From contig OZ251459.1 of NCBI GenBank assembly GCA_965242525.1, positions 2,688,001-2,752,000 on the forward strand: DNA of 64,000 nt. Reading direction: 5' to 3'. The position numbers and the translations under genes were made by a program. Every line of letters begins with the position of its first letter. Positions within the stretch are counted from its first letter, which is position 1. This document shows, piece by piece, positions 58,651 to 64,000 of the stretch. Source of the DNA: an uncultured Candidatus Binatia bacterium (GTDB taxonomy: Bacteria > Desulfobacterota > Binatia > UBA9968 > JAJDTQ01). The notes beneath the pieces are model-generated. The model was not told the DNA's origin and made no database searches. It saw nothing but the letters and a program-made list of their open reading frames with translations.

Positions 58651-59877
58651 CTACCAACTGTAACCGCGTTCCTCGTGTTGACTCAAATCCAGGCCCATCT
58701 GCTCTTCGTCGTCGGACACGCGGAGACCCATGGTGGCGTTGAGGATCCCGAGGATGGCCAGCGTGCCCACGAAAGAGAACACCGCGGTGGCGGCCACGCC
58801 CACGAACTGGATCCACAGTTGGCCGGGGTTGCCCAGGAAGAGGCCGTCCGCGCCGCCGGAGTTGACGAGCGTGGAGGCGAAGAGGCCGGTGGCCAGGGCG
58901 CCCCAGATCCCGCCGACCCCGTGCACCCCCACCACGTCCAGGGAGTCGTCATAGCCCAGCCGGGCCTTGAGGTTGCAGGCCGCATAGCACAGGAGTCCGC
59001 CGCCCGCGCCGATGACGATGGCGGACAGGGGGCTGACGAAGCCGGCCGCGGGCGTGATGGAGACCAGGCCGGCGACGGCGCCGGTGGCGGCTCCGAGCAG
59101 CGTGGGCTTGCCCCCGGTGGCCCATTCGGTGAACATCCAGGCCAGCGCCGCAGCCGCGGCCGCGGTGTGGGTGGTCACGAAGGCGATGGCCGCCAAGCCG
59201 TCCGCGGCAAGCGCGCTGCCGGCGTTGAACCCGAACCAGCCCACCCACAGGAGCGAGGCGCCGATGACGCTGAAGGGCAGGTTGTGGGGCATCATGGCGT
59301 CCCTGCCGTAGCCTCGCCGCGCGCCATAGACCAGGGCCGCGGCCAGCGCGGAAACCCCCGAGCTGATGTGCACCACGGTGCCGCCGGCGAAGTCCAGGGC
59401 CCCCATGCCCCCGATCCAGCCGCCGCCCCACACCCAGTGGGCGAGCGGGGAGTAGATGAGGGTGCTCCACAGGAGCGTGAACACGAGGAAGGTGCTGAAC
59501 TTCGCCCGCTCGGCGAACGCGCCCGTGATGAGCGCCGGCGTGATGATCGCGAACATCATCTGGAACACCATGAAGGCCAGATGGGGAACGCCTTCCACGT
59601 AGTCCGGGTTGGGCTCGGCGCCGACCCCGTCGAGGGCGAACCATTCCAGGTTGCCGACCAGGCCGCCCACGTCGGGGCCGAAAGCCAGGGTGTAGCCCCA
59701 CAGCACCCACTGGATGCTGATGACGCCCACCACGATGAAGCTCTGCATGATGGTCCCCAGCACGTTCTTGGTGCGGACCAGGCCGCCGTAGAACAGGAAC
59801 AGCCCCGGGATGGTCATCATCAGCACGAGAGCAGAACAGGTCAATATCCATGCGGTGTCACCGCTGTTGATCTCCAC
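58651..59877 (-). CDS. amtB: Ammonium transporter
   Basis: GDTAW, FQMMFAIITPAL, DFAGGTVVH, GWFGFN.GS, DD.LDV..VHG. Confidence 0.96.
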   Translation of the reverse strand: MEINSGDTAWILTCSALVLMMTIPGLFLFYGGLVRTKNVLGTIMQSFIVVGVISIQWVLWGYTLAFGPDVGGLVGNLEWFALDGVGAEPNPDYVEGVPHLAFMVFQMMFAIITPALITGAFAERAKFSTFLVFTLLWSTLIYSPLAHWVWGGGWIGGMGALDFAGGTVVHISSGVSALAAALVYGARRGYGRDAMMPHNLPFSVIGASLLWVGWFGFNAGSALAADGLAAIAFVTTHTAAAAAALAWMFTEWATGGKPTLLGAATGAVAGLVSITPAAGFVSPLSAIVIGAGGGLLCYAACNLKARLGYDDSLDVVGVHGVGGIWGALATGLFASTLVNSGGADGLFLGNPGQLWIQFVGVAATAVFSFVGTLAILGILNATMGLRVSDDEEQMGLDLSQHEERGYSW

Positions 59878-59951
59878 TACCTTGTCCCCCGTTTCGTCGT
59901 GTTTTTTCCGTCCGTTGGAATCCGTCCGCGGGAATGGATGGACTTGAATGA

Positions 59952-59968
59952 AGCAAATCGAGTGCCAA
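59952..59968 (-). promoter_or_regulatory. Sigma54 (-24/-12) promoter of amtB-P-II
   Basis: Minus strand TTGGCAC-TCGAT-TTGCT matches TGGCAC-N5-TTGCW. Confidence 0.8.
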
Positions 59969-60122
59969 CGAACGATGACGGCAAGGGTGGCGACCGGGGG
60001 CCGGTACAGATGCTCTTTCAGGTGGAAGCGACAGCGGCGCCAACGGTCACCGCACGACCGCGGCTGCCCAGGGAACGGGCAGGTGCGTAAAGGACAGGCA
60101 GGCCGGGAGCGGGGAGGGAGCG

Positions 60123-61877
60123 TTACCGGGGTCGCAGCCTCTGCCGCAGGGCGGCGTGCTGCTCGCGGATCCCCGCGGGGAGCCGGTCCCCGAACTTCTC
60201 GAAGAACTCCGACTGGCTCCGCAGGTTCGTGCGCCAGCCGTCGCGATCCACGTGCAGCAGCCGGCGCATGGCCGCCTCGGGCAGGTCGAGGCCCTTCCCG
60301 TCGATGCTCGACGGCTTGGGCAGGTAGCCGATGGGGGTCTCGTCCGCGGCTCCACCGCCCCGGGAACGCTCGATGATCCATTGGAGCACGCGCAGGTTCT
60401 CGCCGAAGCCCGGCCACAGGAACCCTCCCTGTTCGTCCCGCTGGAACCAGTTCACCCGGAAGATCTTGGGGGGACGGGTCAGGCGCCTGCCCATGGAGAG
60501 CCAGTGGCTCCAGTAGTCCCCCATGTTGTAACCGCAGAACGGCAACATGGCCATGGGGTCGCGCCGGACCACTCCCACCGCGCCGGTGGCGGCCGCGGTG
60601 GTCTCGGACGCCAGGGTGGCGCCGAGGAACGTGCCGTGGGACCAGTCGAAGGCCTGATAGACCAGGGGAACGAGCTTCTGGCGCCGGGCGCCGAAGAGGA
60701 TGGCGCTGATGGGGACGCCCCTGGGGTCGTCCCACTCGGGGGACAGGGAAGGGCATTCGCTCGCGGGCACGGTGAAGCGGCTGTTGGGATGGGCCACGGG
60801 CCCCTCCCGGGAGGCGTTCCACGGGCGCCCGCGCCAGTCGGTGACCGTCCGGGGCCTCGGGTCGTCGTGCCCCTCCCACCATACCCCGCCGTCGGGCTTG
60901 AGCCCCACGTTGGTGAAGATGGTGTTCCTGCGGACGGTGCGCATGGCGTTGGGGTTGGTCATGGAGTTGGTGCCCGGAACCACGCCGAAGAAACCGGCCT
61001 CCGGATTGACCGCCCACAGGCGGCCGTCGTCGCCCACGCGCAGCCACGCGATGTCGTCGCCCACCGTGAACACGCGCCAGCCATCCATGGACCCGGGCGG
61101 CACCAGCATGGCCAGGTTGGTCTTGCCGCAGGCGCTGGGCAGCGCCCCGCACACGTATGTGGTCTCGCCTTCCGGGCTCTGGACCCCCACGATCATCATG
61201 TGCTCGGCGAGCCAGCCCTCCCGCGCCCCGAGGGCGCTGGCCAGCCGCAGCGCCATGCACTTCTTGGACAGCAGCGCGTTGCCGCCGTAGCCGGAGCCCA
61301 CGCTCCAGATGGTGTTGGCCTCGGGGAAGTGGCAGATGAACCGCCGGTCCATGTGCAGGTCGGCCTTGGAGTGGAGCCCCCGGGTGAAATCGTCCGAGTC
61401 GCCGAGGTGCTCCAGGGCCGCGTCGCCCATGCGCGTCATGGCCCGCATGCTCAGGGCCACGTAAACGCTGTCGGTGAGCTCGACCCCCACCTTGCTGAAG
61501 GGAGAGCCGGGAGGCCCCATGAGGAAGGGGACCACGTACAGGGTCCTGCCAGCCATGGCGCCGTCGAACAGCCCGGCGAGCCGGTCGTAGGCCTCGTCCG
61601 GCGCCATCCAGTTGTTGACCGGCCCGGCGTCGTCCCGCTCGCGCGAGCAGACGAAGGTCAGGTGCTCCGTGCGCGCCACGTCGTTGGCGGCGCTGCGGTG
61701 CAGGTAGCAGCCCGGCAGCGTCTCCTGGTCCAGTGGAACGAGGTCCCCGGACCGGATCGCCACCTGGATCAACCGCTCGCGCTCGGCTTCCGACCCGTCG
61801 CACCACACCACGTCGTCCGGGCGGCACATGGCCGCGGCTTCCTTCACGAACTTGCGAACCGACGGATTCACGTCCAT
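60123..61877 (-). CDS. pckG: Phosphoenolpyruvate carboxykinase (GTP)
   Basis: SGYGGNALL, EGWLAEHM, PSACGKTN, GDDIAW, AHPNSRF, RDPMAMLPFCGYN. Confidence 0.95.
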   Translation of the reverse strand: MDVNPSVRKFVKEAAAMCRPDDVVWCDGSEAERERLIQVAIRSGDLVPLDQETLPGCYLHRSAANDVARTEHLTFVCSRERDDAGPVNNWMAPDEAYDRLAGLFDGAMAGRTLYVVPFLMGPPGSPFSKVGVELTDSVYVALSMRAMTRMGDAALEHLGDSDDFTRGLHSKADLHMDRRFICHFPEANTIWSVGSGYGGNALLSKKCMALRLASALGAREGWLAEHMMIVGVQSPEGETTYVCGALPSACGKTNLAMLVPPGSMDGWRVFTVGDDIAWLRVGDDGRLWAVNPEAGFFGVVPGTNSMTNPNAMRTVRRNTIFTNVGLKPDGGVWWEGHDDPRPRTVTDWRGRPWNASREGPVAHPNSRFTVPASECPSLSPEWDDPRGVPISAILFGARRQKLVPLVYQAFDWSHGTFLGATLASETTAAATGAVGVVRRDPMAMLPFCGYNMGDYWSHWLSMGRRLTRPPKIFRVNWFQRDEQGGFLWPGFGENLRVLQWIIERSRGGGAADETPIGYLPKPSSIDGKGLDLPEAAMRRLLHVDRDGWRTNLRSQSEFFEKFGDRLPAGIREQHAALRQRLRPR

Positions 61878-61910
61878 GCTAACCCCTCTTCCGGCACCGC
61901 CGCACCGGCC

Positions 61911-62264
61911 CTACTTCGCCTTCTTCCGGGTGGACGAGGTGCGGCCGGGGTCGCTCCCGGCCGGCGCCGGGGCCTTCGGCTTCGGAGGCGCCGTCTTTGC
62001 GGACCCGGGCTTTCCCGCGGTCTGCGCGGAGGCCGCGGGCCTGGACGCCTTGTGGCCCCTGGTGGGCTTGCCCGATGGACGGTTGGTGATGAAGTGCCCG
62101 CAGTTGATGCAGTAAACGGTGTAGGCCGGCTCCCGGCGGTGATGGACCGTGTGGAAATGCCCCTGGGAGCTGTTGATGCTGATATCTACCTGGTAGAGCT
62201 CGATAACGACATTGTGGTTGCAGTTCGGGCAAACCACCGTTTCGGGTACATCCGTTCTCGCCAT
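61911..62264 (-). CDS. Hypothetical zinc-ribbon protein with basic low-complexity tail
   Basis: CPNC...CINC pair, His-rich loop, K/P/A-rich C-terminus; co-oriented between the OCD gene and pckG. Confidence 0.6.
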   Translation of the reverse strand: MARTDVPETVVCPNCNHNVVIELYQVDISINSSQGHFHTVHHRREPAYTVYCINCGHFITNRPSGKPTRGHKASRPAASAQTAGKPGSAKTAPPKPKAPAPAGSDPGRTSSTRKKAK

Positions 62265-62340
62265 CCGAACTCCCAGAAAGCCGGCGAACTCCGAGAAGCC
62301 GACGCCTGACACGGGGCTACCATATAGCCCGGTATCCGGC

Positions 62341-63459
62341 TCATGTCCAGTAGTCTTCCCGTCCGCCCTGGACCCACCAGTTCTCCCGCGGCCGGATGTC
62401 GAGTTCGACCCCTTTCCCGTGCTCCCGGGCCAGGTCGTAGAGCCTCTTGGCCAGGGCCAGATCCACGATTCCCTGACCTCCCTGGTTCTTGTACAGGATG
62501 ATCTGGCGGTCGTCGGTGCGCCCCGGGGCCTTTCCGGTCAGGACGTCCGACATGTCCACCACCTTGTCCCAGGAGATGACCCCGTCCTGCACGGGCCAGT
62601 AGATGTCGCCCTGCTGGGAGTCCACCGCCTGCTCCCGGGACAGGGCGACGATGAAGTCGCACCGTACCAGCGTGCCGTCGTCGATCTCGCGCCGGGGCTT
62701 GTCCAGGTTGCCGCTCTTGACCAGCTCGATGTTGCTGCCGATGACCGAGATGACGTACTGGCCCGGCTCCAGCCACGCGCCGTCGATGACCGGGACGTTG
62801 GTGTTGGTCATGCACAGGACGATGTCCACGTCCTGGGCGGCCCGGGGGGCCTCGTCCACCGGCTGCACCGGCACCCCGGTGACCCGGGTCATCCTCCGGG
62901 CGAAGGCTTCCCGGTGCGACCGGGTGGGGCTGAACACCTTGGCGCCGTCGATGGGCCGGAGCTCGGTCAACCCCACGAACGTGGAGTAGGCCTGGTTGCC
63001 GGACCCGTAGATGCCCACCAGTCGGGCGTCCTCCCTGGCGAGCCGGTCGAGGCCCACCAGGCTCGTGGCCGGCGTCCGCAGGTCGGCGACCCCCGCGGCG
63101 TGCTTCGGCCGGTGCGCCATGACCCCCAGGAGGGAGCCCGAGTCCGCGTCGTAGATCAGCGCCAGCTCCGTCTGGTCCGGGTTGTACGGCGGCCGCCTTT
63201 GCTGGTCGCCGACGATGGCCTTCCGGTGCAGCGCCACCTGGGCGCCCACCGCGCCGTAGCTCGCCGCCCCGCCGGCATAGATGTTGAGCACCGTGTCGAA
63301 GGACGCCTCGCCCACGTTCCTGTGCAGGTTCAGGCGCTTGCGGGGCGCGTTCACGCCCTCCGGCGTGGCCACCTTCCCGAGCGCTTCCGCGGTGATGGAG
63401 ACGGCTTCCGGGAACGAGACCAGCTCGTCCACGTCCTGGGAATGAAAGAACAACGCCAT
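62341..63459 (-). CDS. Ornithine cyclodeaminase / mu-crystallin family protein
   Basis: LRT.ATS, GIYGSGNQA, REID, YKNQG.G..D.A.A. Confidence 0.88.
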   Translation of the reverse strand: MALFFHSQDVDELVSFPEAVSITAEALGKVATPEGVNAPRKRLNLHRNVGEASFDTVLNIYAGGAASYGAVGAQVALHRKAIVGDQQRRPPYNPDQTELALIYDADSGSLLGVMAHRPKHAAGVADLRTPATSLVGLDRLAREDARLVGIYGSGNQAYSTFVGLTELRPIDGAKVFSPTRSHREAFARRMTRVTGVPVQPVDEAPRAAQDVDIVLCMTNTNVPVIDGAWLEPGQYVISVIGSNIELVKSGNLDKPRREIDDGTLVRCDFIVALSREQAVDSQQGDIYWPVQDGVISWDKVVDMSDVLTGKAPGRTDDRQIILYKNQGGQGIVDLALAKRLYDLAREHGKGVELDIRPRENWWVQGGREDYWT

Positions 63460-63590
63460 GACGCCTCCAGGTTTTCGCGCTTGCCCGAAACCGGACCGTC
63501 CCCGCTCCGCGGAGAGGGCGGCCGAAGGCCGGGGGACCATTGGCCCCGTCCGAAAACAGACCAGATAGCCCGGGCGCACGAGAAAGGCAA

Positions 63591-63752
63591 GGAAACCCTG
63601 AAGCATCGAGCCGCGGACGGGATCATCGAGCCGTGGATGAGACCATCGAGCCGTGGACGGGAGTATTTCCCCACGTGACATCCCTGCCCCCGTTCGTCCT
63701 GAGCGTAGCGAAGCGAAGTCGAAGGACGCGCTTTCCCGTAGTCGGATGTTCC
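63591..63752 (-). mobile_element. MITE-like element copy I
   Basis: GGAAACCCTGAA end, triplicated ATCGAGCCGYGGA, REP core near 63687-63731; shares internal sequence with copy B. Confidence 0.65.
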
Positions 63753-63850
63753 GCCACGCGGCCCGCGGTCGTTGGCGGCGGTTCCGCGGCCGTGCTACGA
63801 GAACCCCTGACGCGCGCCGGTCGCCGCCGGTCGCGTCCGGGAGAGTCGTC

Positions 63851-64000
63851 ATGGATGCAGTGCAGATGGAAGTCGTCTATCGGGCCACCGCCCAGATCGC
63901 CAAGGAGCTCGCCCTCAACATGCTCCGGACCGGCTATTCGAGCGTCATCAAGGAGAGCCAGGACTTCACCTTCGCGATCTTCGACGCGGCCGGGCGCATG
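63851..64000 (+). CDS. Hydantoinase B / oxoprolinase family protein, N-terminal fragment (partial)
   Basis: MDAVQMEVV...RTGYSSVIKESQDFTFAIFDAAG matches the family N-terminus. Confidence 0.8.
   Translation, partial: MDAVQMEVVYRATAQIAKELALNMLRTGYSSVIKESQDFTFAIFDAAGRM

Overview
High-GC bacterial chromosome segment. The gene order (ribE-ribBA-ribH-nusB, leuS-lptE, rpsT/murJ) and the many amidohydrolase, UbiD, VOC and Mo-hydroxylase genes suggest a Deltaproteobacteria-like (possibly Binatota-type) organism, though this cannot be proven from the window. Layout: housekeeping block (1-9 kb); metabolic and transport genes (9.5-16.5 kb); a defence island (about 16.55-28.6 kb) with a RelE/HigB-type TA pair, an XRE-IrrE/ImmA peptidase + PIN pair, a Sir2-HerA operon extended by a KTSC gene, orphan antitoxins and a type I R-M system (frameshifted hsdR, half-size hsdS); a tightly packed VOC / IspH-like Fe-S protein / UbiD / LOG-like operon; glnA; a CoA ligase + 4-hydroxybenzoyl-CoA-reductase-like (hcrCAB) operon; then polyphosphate, polyamine and nitrogen genes (treT, HU, CHAD, ppgK, speA, ppk1, amtB-P-II, pckG). 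About ten copies of a REP-containing MITE-like element lie in intergenic regions. The best candidates for something undescribed are (i) the remodelled IspH homologue paired with a UbiD decarboxylase and a VOC enzyme, and (ii) the three-gene Sir2-HerA-KTSC module with a divergent HTH-metallopeptidase/PIN pair. All protein calls come from motif recognition by eye; no database searches were run.
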